This document shows positions 17,457 through 27,431 of a stretch of DNA of 36,723 nucleotides, in pieces. This stretch comes from a virus (lineage: Duplodnaviria > Heunggongvirae > Uroviricota > Caudoviricetes). The notes beneath the pieces are model-generated. The model worked only from the letters and a program-made list of their open reading frames with translations. It was not told the DNA's origin and ran no database searches. Position numbers and translations under genes: made by a program. The stretch lies in the IMG/VR virus record IMGVR_UViG_2851976983_000007. One strand, given 5' to 3'. Each line of letters begins with the position of its first letter. The stretch's first letter is position 1.

Positions 17457-18097
17457 CGTACAGCCTCCGCAATCCGGCCCAGCACCGTGTTATAAATCAG
17501 GCGCTCATCTGCCTGGCTGATACCCAGCAGCTCACGTACCGGGTAATCGGTGAAAATGCCCGGCGCAACCTGATCGCGCTTACCGAACTGATGAACGCGG
17601 GCAATACGTGCGGCCACGCCGCTGTAACCCACCGTCACACCGGAAGCATCTGCACGTGCTTTCAGGTAGCGGGCGGTGCGCAGTTTTACGAACATGGGGA
17701 CGCGCTTTGTGCTGTCCTGGTTGATGCGCCGGGTGCGTATTTCCAGAAAACGGTCGATGTCATCCCGGTAAAACGTGCGGATATTGTTTTTATCCTTATC
17801 CCACCCGGTAATGGTTCGCCCGTATTTCCCCGTGTCGTGATGCCAGTTTTTCAGCGTGCGTGCTTCGTTATTCCAGATAAAGCGAATGCGTTCCTGTATC
17901 CGGGTTACGCGGCGTCTGCGTGGTGTCCACGCGGTCCCGTCCGGCGCTTTCTGTGACCGGATACGCGCCTGCTGGGCGCGGCGTAAATCCTGTGCCAGCT
18001 TTCTGGCGATGTTATTGATGGCCTGCTGATTCAGGCTGTCGCGGATGGCCTCAAAGGTTTCATCCACGCGTGTGAATGCCTTATCCATCGCTTTCAC
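17453..18097 (-). CDS. S: Tail completion / virion morphogenesis protein (S-like)
   Basis: 214 aa; overlaps V start and R stop in the P2 order. Confidence 0.75.
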   Translation of the reverse strand: MKAMDKAFTRVDETFEAIRDSLNQQAINNIARKLAQDLRRAQQARIRSQKAPDGTAWTPRRRRVTRIQERIRFIWNNEARTLKNWHHDTGKYGRTITGWDKDKNNIRTFYRDDIDRFLEIRTRRINQDSTKRVPMFVKLRTARYLKARADASGVTVGYSGVAARIARVHQFGKRDQVAPGIFTDYPVRELLGISQADERLIYNTVLGRIAEAVR

Positions 18098-18548
18098 CCC
18101 ACGTCACATCCTGGAATACATGCGACCAGTCGCCTTCGGAAGATGGTAGGCGGGGTTTTGGCTCCGGCAGGTGTTCTGCCTGCGGTGTGCCCTGACTGCT
18201 GCGCGTGATGCGAACGCGTTCCCGCAGGGGGAGCGTAAACAGGAGATCGGCGCTGTCATCGTCATTGATAACGGCGGAGAATTTGAGGTCCTGATTACGC
18301 TCAGGGTTGAGCAACAACTGTGGCTGATTTTCGGATAACCACGCCAGCAGCGGCAGCGTGAGGTCGTCCAGCTCCCCGGCGTAATCCATGACAAACATCA
18401 CCATCTGATAGCGGTAAACAAACGAGGGCGTTTCTCCGGTCGTTTCAATGTTGCCGCTCTCCACGAAAATGGTGAATTTTTCCGGGTTGGCCTGACACCA
18501 TCGGCATGAACGGGTCATGGCTTCACGCAGGGAATCAGTTTTCAGCAT
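18081..18548 (-). CDS. R: Tail completion protein R
   Basis: 155 aa, same size as P2 R; position. Confidence 0.8.
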   Translation of the reverse strand: MLKTDSLREAMTRSCRWCQANPEKFTIFVESGNIETTGETPSFVYRYQMVMFVMDYAGELDDLTLPLLAWLSENQPQLLLNPERNQDLKFSAVINDDDSADLLFTLPLRERVRITRSSQGTPQAEHLPEPKPRLPSSEGDWSHVFQDVTWGESDG

Positions 18549-18825
18549 GGTTGTTGTCCTCGTTGTTCAGTCGTTGCAGCCTGCGCTGTTCCAGTAATTC
18601 AATGGCCCGTTTATCCGCGTTACAGGTTTCCAGTGCATCCAGAAGGCGGTCGCCCCATATACCGAGATTTCCCCATGTGGGAGTGTCAGGGAAGGGGGGA
18701 GGCGTTACCGGTATGGTCAGCGTCTGCGGTATAAGCCGGACTGACGGCGCTGGCCGTGGCGCGTTCTGCGTGCCTGCGCAGCCTGTCAGTAAAACGAGCG
18801 TCAGGCAAAGCGTGGGCGCATTCAT
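18535..18825 (-). CDS. lysC: Outer-membrane spanin lipoprotein (LysC/Rz1-like), embedded in another frame of lysB
   Basis: MNAPTLCLTLVLLTGCAG lipobox followed by proline-rich segment; start taken at the second Met. Confidence 0.6.
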   Translation of the reverse strand: MNAPTLCLTLVLLTGCAGTQNAPRPAPSVRLIPQTLTIPVTPPPFPDTPTWGNLGIWGDRLLDALETCNADKRAIELLEQRRLQRLNNEDNNHAEN

Positions 18826-19093
18826 CTTTTGCAATATCGTTGCGTAGCTGTTCACGTCTTGCCTCTCCGTCCTGATTGCGTTGCTGATTTTCCACGCGGA
18901 GTTGCGCCAGCACCTGCTGCATATCCTGTACCCCGGCGCTGATGATATTCAGGGTGTCGGCGGTACGTTTCAGGGTGCTGGCCTGCGCTTCGTTTCTGGC
19001 GTTCTCCCGGCCCAGCGACCATGACAGACGCATGGATGTTCCCCATGCGGCAATCAGAAGGAAAGCGACACCCAGCGTGGGCCAGAGCTTCAT
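18686..19093 (-). CDS. lysB: Inner-membrane spanin (LysB/Rz-like)
   Basis: Start at MKLWPTLGVAFLLIAAWG (N-terminal TM), then helical charged region; track ORF extends upstream to 19237. Confidence 0.6.
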   Translation of the reverse strand: MKLWPTLGVAFLLIAAWGTSMRLSWSLGRENARNEAQASTLKRTADTLNIISAGVQDMQQVLAQLRVENQQRNQDGEARREQLRNDIAKDECAHALPDARFTDRLRRHAERATASAVSPAYTADADHTGNASPLP

Positions 19094-19482
19094 GCCGGAT
19101 AGGCTCCGTGTGGTAACTGAAAATGCGGTCCGTCTTTCAGGGTCTTCCAGTCGCCGCCCCATTCCACCGGAATATTCAGCTCCCGGCTGGCCTGTCTGAA
19201 TGCTGCTGCGATTTTTTCGTACAGCGGCCATTCCCATGACACCTGGCTGCCGATATAAGCCACAACATCCACGGCATGCCCCGTAAGGTGGCGGCTGTTC
19301 ATGGTCTGGCTCTTACCTGTGGCCACAAGTTGCTTCTGGCGGTAACGGCTGCGCAACCCTTCGGTGATACCAAAATCCACTTCCGAAATTTCCAGTGCCC
19401 GTCGGGTCACTTTCACCAGATCAGGATTTACGCCCTGCAAATTCTTTTCGCTCCGGCTGCTGAATTTAAATGTGTTGCTCAT
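19090..19482 (-). CDS. Endolysin, peptidase M15-type (L-alanyl-D-glutamate peptidase-like)
   Basis: 130 aa with SRHLTGHAVDV zinc-binding-type motif; lies between holin and spanins. Confidence 0.75.
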   Translation of the reverse strand: MSNTFKFSSRSEKNLQGVNPDLVKVTRRALEISEVDFGITEGLRSRYRQKQLVATGKSQTMNSRHLTGHAVDVVAYIGSQVSWEWPLYEKIAAAFRQASRELNIPVEWGGDWKTLKDGPHFQLPHGAYPA

Positions 19483-19802
19483 TCGTCCTTCTCCTTCACC
19501 CTGCGATTAAAGGCCGCAATAACCTTGTCGCGTGCTTTCTCTGCGCCCATAAAACCGATTGATGCGCCGATAAACGTCACGGCATCTTCAGGAAACCCGA
19601 AGAAGCGCAACGACCCGGCCACGGCCATGGCAAGAACGCCGCACGCCAGCGATCCCGTTACGGTCTGAACCAGTGTTCGTCCGTCATAAAGACTCATCAG
19701 CGCGGAAATGCTGACCGCCGCGCCTACTGCATACACCGTTGGCAGGTGGTCAAAGAGCCACGCAATAACCTGCTCTGTGATCCCTGTTTGAATGGTGCTC
19801 AC
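19479..19802 (-). CDS. Holin (three predicted TM segments)
   Basis: GTG start with GGGGGGA SD immediately after the X stop; hydrophobic segments AVGAAVSISALMSL, VTGSLACGVLAMAVAGSL, AVTFIGASIGFMGA. Confidence 0.6.
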   Translation of the reverse strand: MSTIQTGITEQVIAWLFDHLPTVYAVGAAVSISALMSLYDGRTLVQTVTGSLACGVLAMAVAGSLRFFGFPEDAVTFIGASIGFMGAEKARDKVIAAFNRRVKEKDE

Positions 19803-19804
19803 TG

Positions 19805-20011
19805 CTACTCCCCCCACAACTGAATCATTTCTCGTTTCTTCTTCTCCGGCTCCGGCATCTCCACGTCCTGCCCGGCGTCCAGAAATACCTGCTGACAGAG
19901 TCCGGGGTTGGCATCCAGCACCTTTTCGGTGACGCCCTGCGTCGTGCCGTAGTACCGGAAACAGAGCGAATCCACGGTGTCGCCTTCCAGTGCCTTCACT
20001 TTCATCAGCAC
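19805..20011 (-). CDS. X: Tail protein X
   Basis: 68 aa; ...LCFRYYGTTQGVTEKVLDANPGL... parallels P2 gpX. Confidence 0.8.
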   Translation of the reverse strand: MLMKVKALEGDTVDSLCFRYYGTTQGVTEKVLDANPGLCQQVFLDAGQDVEMPEPEKKKREMIQLWGE

Positions 20012-20499
20012 AGCTCCGCAAAAATTCGCGGGCGGCGCAGAATGTCAGAGATGGCCCAGCTCACATCGCGCCACAAATCCGATGTCTGTATATCCAGTGC
20101 GTCCGCCCGGCGGTCGCCCTTGTCCGTTGTGTCCGCATCGCGGTAACGCTCCAGAATCAGGGCGCGCGTGGCGGTATAAACCGCATTGCGCCAGTGCCAG
20201 AGATTGACGCTTTCTCCGTTAATTACGGGTGCCGGAACATCGGCCAGCGTCTGATGGCCAGCCGCCTGCTGTTCCTGCTGCCATGCTTCCAGCTCGCGGG
20301 TAACGTGAGCCACCGCCCCGGTGGCGGTATGCAGCAGGCGGGAGGTGGTCACGCGCCCCGGCAGTCGTACCGCCAGACGCAGCTCACGCAGCACAATATC
20401 CGGCCAGAATGCACCCGCTGAAATACGGGTATCACCATCATCGGTATCGGTGATGTCGTCCTCTGCGGGTCCGGGGTTGGTTCTGGCAACCATACTCAT
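20005..20499 (-). CDS. L: Head completion/stabilisation protein L
   Basis: About 165 aa between M and X; start at ATG with AGGAG (track ORF starts at GTG 20508). Confidence 0.8.
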   Translation of the reverse strand: MSMVARTNPGPAEDDITDTDDGDTRISAGAFWPDIVLRELRLAVRLPGRVTTSRLLHTATGAVAHVTRELEAWQQEQQAAGHQTLADVPAPVINGESVNLWHWRNAVYTATRALILERYRDADTTDKGDRRADALDIQTSDLWRDVSWAISDILRRPRIFAELC

Positions 20500-20600
20500 G
20501 GGGTTCACTCCTGAAAAAATCGGGCGGTGGGTGCGCGGTGTAAACGGTCACGGAGTCAAACCGGAACACCGCGCACGCCGCCCGCTGACGGGGTCAGTCG

Positions 20601-21401
20601 TTAACCGCGCTTCGCCTTCTGCGTCGCGGTGGTTTTTCGTGTTGCAGGCTTCCGCGTTGTCTTTTTACTTTTGCTGCTTTCGTCCTGCGCCTGCGGTGCG
20701 CTGGCGTCTTCTGGTTCGGCTGCGGAATCGGCTTTTTTCAGGGCGCGGGAAAGGGTTGCAATCTCGCGTTTCACACCTGCGTTCGGGTTCAGGTGCATCG
20801 CTTCGCGCAGCAGCTTCAGTGATAAGGCCATGTTGTCTGCATCGGTCAGACCACGACGGGCAAAGGCGCACGCCTTGCATAATTTGGCGCGTACTTCGTC
20901 CGGCATGTCCTGGTCGGTGACAATCTTCCGGAGGGTGTCCAGTGGTTCGATAAAGGCGGACAAATCCGCGTCGGCATCCGCCCCGGCCTGCGTCAGTACC
21001 GGGTTGCAGATTTCTTCGGTCAGCACTGTGGCAGCAGTACGGCCAAAGTTATCCGGCATAATGAGGTTATGACGGACCACATACGCACCAATACGCAACG
21101 CCAGCGGAAGATCGCCGCAGTCAATCGCCCACACCATCAGCGTGGCAATCACTTCATCCTGCTGCCCGCCGTCAGCCTCCAGCGTTCCCTCAATCCAGCC
21201 GGAAAAATCCGGCAACAACTCTTTTTTGATGGCGGCTTTCGCGCTTCTGGCCTGTACGCCCTTAAGCCGGGCCTGTGCCAGACGCAGACGATACAGCACC
21301 TCTTCATGCGCGGTACGCGCGGCGTGGTCCACGCCTTCATTCGCCCGGCCTGCGCGCTGTGCCATCACGTTCTGCCAGTGTTGCTGTGCAGGAGTAATCA
21401 T
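20601..21401 (-). CDS. M: Terminase endonuclease (small) subunit M
   Basis: 266 aa; GGAGAG SD; position between N and L. Confidence 0.85.
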   Translation of the reverse strand: MITPAQQHWQNVMAQRAGRANEGVDHAARTAHEEVLYRLRLAQARLKGVQARSAKAAIKKELLPDFSGWIEGTLEADGGQQDEVIATLMVWAIDCGDLPLALRIGAYVVRHNLIMPDNFGRTAATVLTEEICNPVLTQAGADADADLSAFIEPLDTLRKIVTDQDMPDEVRAKLCKACAFARRGLTDADNMALSLKLLREAMHLNPNAGVKREIATLSRALKKADSAAEPEDASAPQAQDESSKSKKTTRKPATRKTTATQKAKRG

Positions 21402-21446
21402 TTGTTCTCTCCGTTACTGGCGGGCATGATGCCCGCCGTGAGTTGA

Positions 21447-22499
21447 TTAGCTGTCGGCGAACTTCAGGCCAGTGACCATCGCGCACTTGCCATAGTCTTC
21501 AACGACATAAGCGTCATTGATGGACTGGTAGGTGGCGATGCGGTTGTATTCCGGCTCGTCTTTCATCAGGCGACGCATTGAACCTTTCTGCCAGTAAATC
21601 GACAGGTTGTTGAACGAGGTGATCAGCATCGTTGCATCCGGGAAGAACGGCGCAAGGAACACGCCCAGCCCGCCAATGGTGCGCGATGACAGGATGAGCT
21701 GCCCGGCGAGTAATTCCGCATTGGGATTCTGGCCGCTGATGCTGTTCAGCACGGGCAGACGCAGCGAGTTAAACAGGTTGCGCCCCATAATCACCACGAG
21801 GTCGTCAGCTTCCTTGTGCCATTCATCCAACAGGGATGAACGCGCGTCCTGTACCAGTGCATCAGCGTTCGCATACTTACCCGCGTGCGCCACGGTGTTG
21901 TCCATGTTGCGGGAGGTCAGCGTCACGTCATTCATAACGCGTTCGCTGGCGTCGGTTCTGATGTGCTCCAGCCAGCCCACGTTAACGTCCTGAAGCAGCT
22001 TGTTGGTGCTGAAGTTGGACTCATCCGCGTGAGACGTGCCGTTGAAACCGATCATGATGCGGTCAAGCGCCACCTGTCGGGCAATCTGTGCGCTGATGCG
22101 GGACTGAAAATCAGGGTGTGCCGACCAGGCATCAAGCTGCGGATACGAAATAAACGTGTCGTAGTTCACCTGTTCGCACTGGTATTTGCGGTTTTTCAGA
22201 TCAACCACGTTATTCGGGTTACGGCGTTTTGTGCCGTCATAACTGGTATTCGTGCGCGCAATCGGCCCGGTGGTATCCAGGAGGATTTTTTCGCCTTTCT
22301 GGTCGGTCACGCCGATCACGTTAATTCTTTTTGTAAATTCGGTGCTTTCCTTTGAGGCGTTTTCAAAACGCTGCTGTACCGAGGGTTCCACGGTAAATCG
22401 CGATACCAGTGCGGAAACCGGGATATTGTTAAGCGACGCCTGCTGCGCCATATAGCAACCCAGCTTGTTGCGGGTAATATCTGACATCACCAGATTCAT
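21447..22499 (-). CDS. N: Major capsid protein N
   Basis: 350 aa; ...FTVEPSVQQ...GFNGTSHADE...VEDYGKCA... parallels P2 gpN. Confidence 0.9.
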   Translation of the reverse strand: MNLVMSDITRNKLGCYMAQQASLNNIPVSALVSRFTVEPSVQQRFENASKESTEFTKRINVIGVTDQKGEKILLDTTGPIARTNTSYDGTKRRNPNNVVDLKNRKYQCEQVNYDTFISYPQLDAWSAHPDFQSRISAQIARQVALDRIMIGFNGTSHADESNFSTNKLLQDVNVGWLEHIRTDASERVMNDVTLTSRNMDNTVAHAGKYANADALVQDARSSLLDEWHKEADDLVVIMGRNLFNSLRLPVLNSISGQNPNAELLAGQLILSSRTIGGLGVFLAPFFPDATMLITSFNNLSIYWQKGSMRRLMKDEPEYNRIATYQSINDAYVVEDYGKCAMVTGLKFADS

Positions 22500-22522
22500 A
22501 AAAAATTTGCTCCTTTGTCTTA

Positions 22523-23359
22523 TCAGAAGTCAGCCAGCTGGTCGGAGGCTGCGCCCGTTGCGGTGAACCGATTCTGCGGATCGCCGTCCTGCGTGCGCAG
22601 TTTTTCCTTCAGTGCTGCCAGCTCTGTGGTCAGTAAAGTGATTTTCTGGCTGTCCTGCTGATGGCGGGTTTCCAGCACATTAAAACGGTCGATAATGTCG
22701 GCCTGTGACGTTGCGACACCTTCCACCGCTTCCTGAATACGGGAGAAACTGGCGTCATCCGCTTTGCGGCCACGGCCAATAATCCCCATAACGCGGTTAA
22801 ACCACTGGGTGCCTTCTTCCTGACGTTGTTCGGTGAGTTCGATAAGTTCTGACTCCATAGCGGCGGTAAACATCGCCACGTCTCCCTGCTGACAGTTGAA
22901 TGTCATCAGTTGCATACGTTGTTGTGCCGCAAAGGCCAGACGTTCCGTGCCCAGGCTGGCAGGGGTGTCGGTCATTGCCAGCCCGCGCAGGTAAGGGCCT
23001 CCCGTGATGGTTGACTGTGGTTCCAGCTCAATACTGGAGTAAATTTTTTTACCATCGTTAAGCAGGGACATCATGCGAGCGGTCGGCTCAATTTCGGCAT
23101 ACAGTGCCGTGCGACCTGCCAGCGGGCCATCGGTTATGTCTTCGGTGCTCAACCCCACAACATCGCCCATAGCGGAAAACTCGCTACCGGGGAGTGGTGA
23201 CAGGATGTGCTCAATATTCACACGTGCACCATAAACGGACGGGTTATAACTGGTGGCGGCAGCTTTCAGCATGTCGCCGTTGATTTCGCGCCCGTCTGCC
23301 GTTACACCGGAGACAGCCACGCGAAACTTTTTGCGGGATGTCTTTTTTTCATTAGCCAT
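22523..23359 (-). CDS. O: Capsid scaffolding protein O
   Basis: Start at MANEKKTSRKKFRVAVSGVTADGREI with AGGGG SD; parallels P2 gpO N-terminus; track ORF extends to 23392. Confidence 0.85.
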   Translation of the reverse strand: MANEKKTSRKKFRVAVSGVTADGREINGDMLKAAATSYNPSVYGARVNIEHILSPLPGSEFSAMGDVVGLSTEDITDGPLAGRTALYAEIEPTARMMSLLNDGKKIYSSIELEPQSTITGGPYLRGLAMTDTPASLGTERLAFAAQQRMQLMTFNCQQGDVAMFTAAMESELIELTEQRQEEGTQWFNRVMGIIGRGRKADDASFSRIQEAVEGVATSQADIIDRFNVLETRHQQDSQKITLLTTELAALKEKLRTQDGDPQNRFTATGAASDQLADF

Positions 23360-23513
23360 AGTTTTTGCCCCTCTGACTGGTTCTTCAGTCATGATGGCAA
23401 AGCGTAACAGGTTGATACAAAGGGCTTTTGTTGTAAGAAAACGGCCAGAACAGGGGGTTAAGGAGAACAGTTTCGCGCGCGGGTAATCTTCCTGTAATTA
23501 CTCAGGGGGAGCA

Positions 23514-25265
23514 ATGATTCAGGACGCTTTTGTGCGCCAGCGTGCGCGGCAACTTTACTGGCAGGGTTATCCGCCCGCAGAAATATCACGTCTGATGGGA
23601 ATAAACCCGAACACGATTTATGCGTGGAAAAAACGCGACCAGTGGGATGAAACGCCACCCGTGCAGCGTGTCACGCAGTCCATCGATGCGCGCCTCATCC
23701 AGCTCACTGAAAAACAGAATAAAACAGGTGGTGACTTCAAGGAAATAGACCTGCTGACCCGGCAGCTTAAAAAACTGCATGATGGCCAGCCGGATGCGAC
23801 GGCCACAGGAAAGAAAGGCCGGGCGAAAAAACTCAAAAATCATTTCACGCCGGAACAGATTGCCGCACTGCGGGAAAAAATCATCAGCAGGCTGGAGTGG
23901 CATCAGCGGGGCTGGTTTGACTCCCTGACCCTTTGCAGGGAAGCCGGGATACGTAACAGGATGATCCTGAAATCCCGACAGATTGGGGCGACCTGGTATT
24001 TTGCACAGGAAGCGCTGCTGATGGCGCTGCGTGACGATGTGGCGCAACCTTACCAGCGTAACCAGATTTTTTTGTCTGCGTCGCGTCGTCAGGCGTTCCA
24101 GTTTAAAAGCATTATTCAGAAGGCCGCGGCTGAAGTTGATGTGGAGCTGAAAGGGGGCGATAAAATCATCCTCTCAAACGGCGCAGAGCTGCATTTTCTC
24201 GGCACTTCTGCTGCATCGGCACAGTCCTATACGGGCAATTTTTATTTTGATGAATTTTTCTGGGTCAGTCGCTTTGCCGAACTGCGCAAGGTGGCTGGCG
24301 CTATGGCAACCCTCAGCGGACTGCGGCGCACCTACTTCTCCACGCCATCCACCGAAACGCACGAGGCATACGCCTACTGGAACGGCGACCGCTGGAACGA
24401 GAAAAAGGCCACGCATAAACGCCAGCGTTTTTCTGTGGACTGGAAAACGCTGCATAACGGGCTTATCTGCCCTGACCGGACGTGGCGGCAAATTGTCACG
24501 CTGGAAGATGTGGTTAAACACGGCTGGAAACACACCGATATCGACGAAATTCGTGATGAAAACACCGAAGACGAGTTCCTCAATCTCTATATGTGTGAGT
24601 TTGTCCGCGAAGGGGAATCGGCATTTAACCTGAATATCCTGATTGGCTGCGGTGTTGACGGATACGACGACTGGAAAGACTGGAAACCTTTTGCTCCCCG
24701 CCCGATGGGGAATCGTCCGGTATGGATTGGGTATGACGCAAACGGCAGCAGTGGCAACGGGGACAGCGGCGCTGTGTCCGTGGTGGTTCCTCCGGCTGTT
24801 CCTGGTGGCCGTTTTCGAACGGTGGAGACGCGACGCGTTCAGGGGCTGGAGTTTGAAGAACAGGCCAGAGTCATTGAAGAGTTCACGTGTCGCTACAACG
24901 TGGAACACATCGGCATTGATGTGACGGGCGGGAACGGGGAGGCTGTTTATCAGATAGTGAAGCGGTTTTTCCCTGCTGCTATTCCGTACACCTTCACGCT
25001 GTCATCCAAACGGTCGCTGGTACTGAAAATGCTGCAAATAATGCGTGCCGGACGGTGGGAATACGATCGCGCCGAACGCGAGCTGGTCGCGGCCTTTAAC
25101 GCCGTGCGTAAGGTGAAAACACCGGGTGGCTTTATCACTTACGAAACGGACCGCGCGAGGGGGATCAGCCACGGCGACCTTGCGTGGGCAACCATGCTTG
25201 CTGTCATTAACGAACCAATTGGCGGCGAAGGAGAAAACGAGCGTTTCACGGTTATGGAGTTCTGA
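23514..25265 (+). CDS. P: Terminase ATPase (large) subunit P
   Basis: 583 aa; divergent from the O operon as in P2. Confidence 0.9.
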   Translation: MIQDAFVRQRARQLYWQGYPPAEISRLMGINPNTIYAWKKRDQWDETPPVQRVTQSIDARLIQLTEKQNKTGGDFKEIDLLTRQLKKLHDGQPDATATGKKGRAKKLKNHFTPEQIAALREKIISRLEWHQRGWFDSLTLCREAGIRNRMILKSRQIGATWYFAQEALLMALRDDVAQPYQRNQIFLSASRRQAFQFKSIIQKAAAEVDVELKGGDKIILSNGAELHFLGTSAASAQSYTGNFYFDEFFWVSRFAELRKVAGAMATLSGLRRTYFSTPSTETHEAYAYWNGDRWNEKKATHKRQRFSVDWKTLHNGLICPDRTWRQIVTLEDVVKHGWKHTDIDEIRDENTEDEFLNLYMCEFVREGESAFNLNILIGCGVDGYDDWKDWKPFAPRPMGNRPVWIGYDANGSSGNGDSGAVSVVVPPAVPGGRFRTVETRRVQGLEFEEQARVIEEFTCRYNVEHIGIDVTGGNGEAVYQIVKRFFPAAIPYTFTLSSKRSLVLKMLQIMRAGRWEYDRAERELVAAFNAVRKVKTPGGFITYETDRARGISHGDLAWATMLAVINEPIGGEGENERFTVMEF

Positions 25266-26311
25266 TGAGCAGAAAAAATAAAAAAGTGCGCATGAGTTCA
25301 CGCATTGATCTCGCTGATGCGCTCAGGAAAGAATCATCGCTCAGTGCATTCACATTTGATGGTCCTTATCGCCTGACCGGGCATGACCTGCTGGACAATA
25401 TGTACTGTGCTGATAACGGGCGATGGTATGAAACCCCGGTGGACTGGTACGGTCTGGCAAGAGCCGCCCGGCAAACGTCCTGGCATCAGTCTGCGCTTTA
25501 CTTTAAGCGCAATGTATTGCTCGGTTGCTACATCCCGCACCCGCTGCTTTCCCGGCAGGATTTCTCGGCGCTGGCGCTGGACTGGTTTGTGTTCGGTAAC
25601 GCATTCCTTGAGCTTCGGAGCAATATGCTCGGCGAACCACTTAAATTACGGCACGCACTGGCGAAATACATGCGACGCGGAAGCGATCTTGAATCATGGT
25701 GGTATGTGCAGGATGGCAAGGACGCGTTTCAGTTTCGCCCTGGCAAAGTGTGCCACCTGATGAATCCGGACATTAACCAGGAAATTTACGGCATGCCGGA
25801 ATATCTTGGCGCATTACTCTCGGCCAGCCTGTCTCATTCGGCGGACATGTTCAGAAAACTGTATTACGACAATGGATCCCACGCCGGGTGCATCATCTAC
25901 ATCGGTGCAGCGCAGGTAAACCGCGAAAGCATGGACTCCCTGAAAGAAACGTTACAGGGTGCGCGTGGTGGTGGTGCGTTTAAAAACGTGCTCATCCATG
26001 CGCCCAACGGGGGCAAAGAGGGGGTGCAAATTTTGCCGTTCCAGCAGATCACCGCAAAGGATGAGTTCATGAATGTTAAGGCGGCATCCCGTGATGATGT
26101 GCTGGCTGCGCACCGCGTTCCGCCGCAACTGATGGGGGCGATGCCGGGCGAAAAAAGTGCGTTTGGTGATGTGGAGAAGGCCGCGCGGGTTTACGCAATT
26201 AACGAGCTGATGCCTGTCATGGAGGCCATGAAGCACATCAATGACTGGCTTGGCGAAGAGGTGATCCGCTTTAACCCTTACGCACTGTTAGACACCCAGC
26301 CCACATCCTGA
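25265..26311 (+). CDS. Q: Portal protein Q
   Basis: 348 aa; ATGA overlap with P stop. Confidence 0.9.
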   Translation: MSRKNKKVRMSSRIDLADALRKESSLSAFTFDGPYRLTGHDLLDNMYCADNGRWYETPVDWYGLARAARQTSWHQSALYFKRNVLLGCYIPHPLLSRQDFSALALDWFVFGNAFLELRSNMLGEPLKLRHALAKYMRRGSDLESWWYVQDGKDAFQFRPGKVCHLMNPDINQEIYGMPEYLGALLSASLSHSADMFRKLYYDNGSHAGCIIYIGAAQVNRESMDSLKETLQGARGGGAFKNVLIHAPNGGKEGVQILPFQQITAKDEFMNVKAASRDDVLAAHRVPPQLMGAMPGEKSAFGDVEKAARVYAINELMPVMEAMKHINDWLGEEVIRFNPYALLDTQPTS

Positions 26312-26337
26312 CGCGCTTCGCTTGTCTGCTGCTTCGC

Positions 26338-26362
26338 CGGGGCATAAAAAATTTATGCCCCG
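26338..26362 (+). terminator. Hairpin GGGGCATAAA-AA-TTTATGCCCC downstream of Q
   Basis: Seen in sequence; no clear U-tract. Confidence 0.35.
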
Positions 26363-26767
26363 ACTCTCCAGCTCCTGTATCAGTCAGATAATTTCACGAC
26401 GCTTTCCTGCTGATTGCCATTATCGACAGTCAGACTCTTACGCAATCCCACCGCGTTGACTGCATGTTCTCGCCGTCTCAGTGCGATTTTGACGGCCTTA
26501 CCTTTCACCCCATCAAATCAAAAGCCCTCACGTCTTTTTCACGCTCAGCGTGAGAAATACAGCCATTCTGTTGTATCTCTGCGACATCGTTCAGGGAATG
26601 CTATTTACCCCCTGAAACGCGGGCTGTTCCCCCGTCACCTGCGCGCAGAAAAAACGCGTTTTTTTGTGCACGTACGGATCCTTGACGGATCCAGCCACCA
26701 CGCGGGCCGGAAGTACAAAAAGTCGTTCAAAAAAATTGTGCAAACTTGTGCACTATCGTGCAAACAA

Positions 26768-26795
26768 AAAAAGCGCCTTATCGGCGCTTCAAAAG
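26768..26795 (-). terminator. Intrinsic terminator (AAGCGCC-GATAA-GGCGCTT followed by T-run on the minus strand)
   Basis: Seen in sequence directly downstream of the 89-aa minus-strand ORF. Confidence 0.45.
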
Positions 26796-26797
26796 TA

Positions 26798-27067
26798 TCA
26801 ATTGTTGCTGTGTATTAATCGCCAACCACGAACATATGCTTCATAGGCATCTCTGTGCCTTACAGTTCCAGCCTGGCTAAACGGAATGTTAGCTAAAACT
26901 AAATCATTCTGAGCCATAGCGCGTCCTTCAAGCGCATCTTTTATGCCTAGCTCAAAAGCACAGGCAGCGCATTTGTGCCGACCTTCTTGTCCTTGATATT
27001 CAGGGAGAGACAGAAATGTTGGATTATAACGATGAGGGTTCTTGCAAATACCTGTTTTAGCCCGCAC
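26798..27067 (-). CDS. Hypothetical 89-aa protein (GTG start), low-GC hotspot cargo
   Basis: GAGGT SD 9 nt upstream of GTG; terminator immediately downstream; no recognisable family. Confidence 0.4.
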   Translation of the reverse strand: MRAKTGICKNPHRYNPTFLSLPEYQGQEGRHKCAACAFELGIKDALEGRAMAQNDLVLANIPFSQAGTVRHRDAYEAYVRGWRLIHSNN

Positions 27068-27092
27068 TTTATTTACCTCATAGGAAAAATAT

Positions 27093-27237
27093 GCGTGCCT
27101 TTACAGAGGTGCGTGTAAGCAATAAAATATACGACGCACATTTTGATTTACTTCGGAAGGCACGCATATCAGGTTAAGTGAGTCCGACCGAGTTTTACGC
27201 CCCAATAGTTGCTGCTATTGGGGCGTTTTGCATGGAC
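27093..27237 (+). ncRNA. Candidate structured small RNA or regulatory element: 13-bp long-range inverted repeat (ATATGCGTGCCTT ... AAGGCACGCATAT) followed by an intrinsic terminator (CGCCCCAATAG-TTGCTG-CTATTGGGGCG-TTTTG)
   Basis: Seen in sequence; lies antisense to the upstream region of the 89-aa gene; no promoter verified. Confidence 0.3.
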
Positions 27238-27431
27238 AATGCCGCGCAATTATCTTGTCGCTCACAATGCGAACGATCTTACAAAAAGGCACATTACTGT
27301 CAAGATAATTGATCGTTTTAATCGATAGATAATAGACAATCTATTTGTTTAACAGATCGATTATTGAAGTAAGTGTGCCAAGTGGAATGATACTGTCTCT
27401 ATAAACGTGAGCATTTTTCGCGCAGATGCTT

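Larger units (their letters stand above)
26312..26800. other. Expected cos/packaging region (not pinpointed); contains ACGGATCC direct repeat and three TGTGCA(A/C) repeats
   Basis: Position between Q and the replication side as in P2; the canonical P2 cohesive-end sequence was not found. Confidence 0.3.

Noticed and set aside
24174-24908. 244-aa minus-strand ORF inside the terminase P gene
   Set aside because: Antisense to a confidently identified terminase; no start context
26312-26800. Canonical P2/186 cohesive-end sequence (GGCGAGGCGGGGAAAGCAC-like)
   Set aside because: Searched by eye on both strands and not found; cos is probably here but divergent, so the exact site is not called
26414-26818. 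134-aa plus-strand ORF in the cos region
   Set aside because: Arg/Ser-rich, no SD, overlaps repeats and a terminator; likely noncoding
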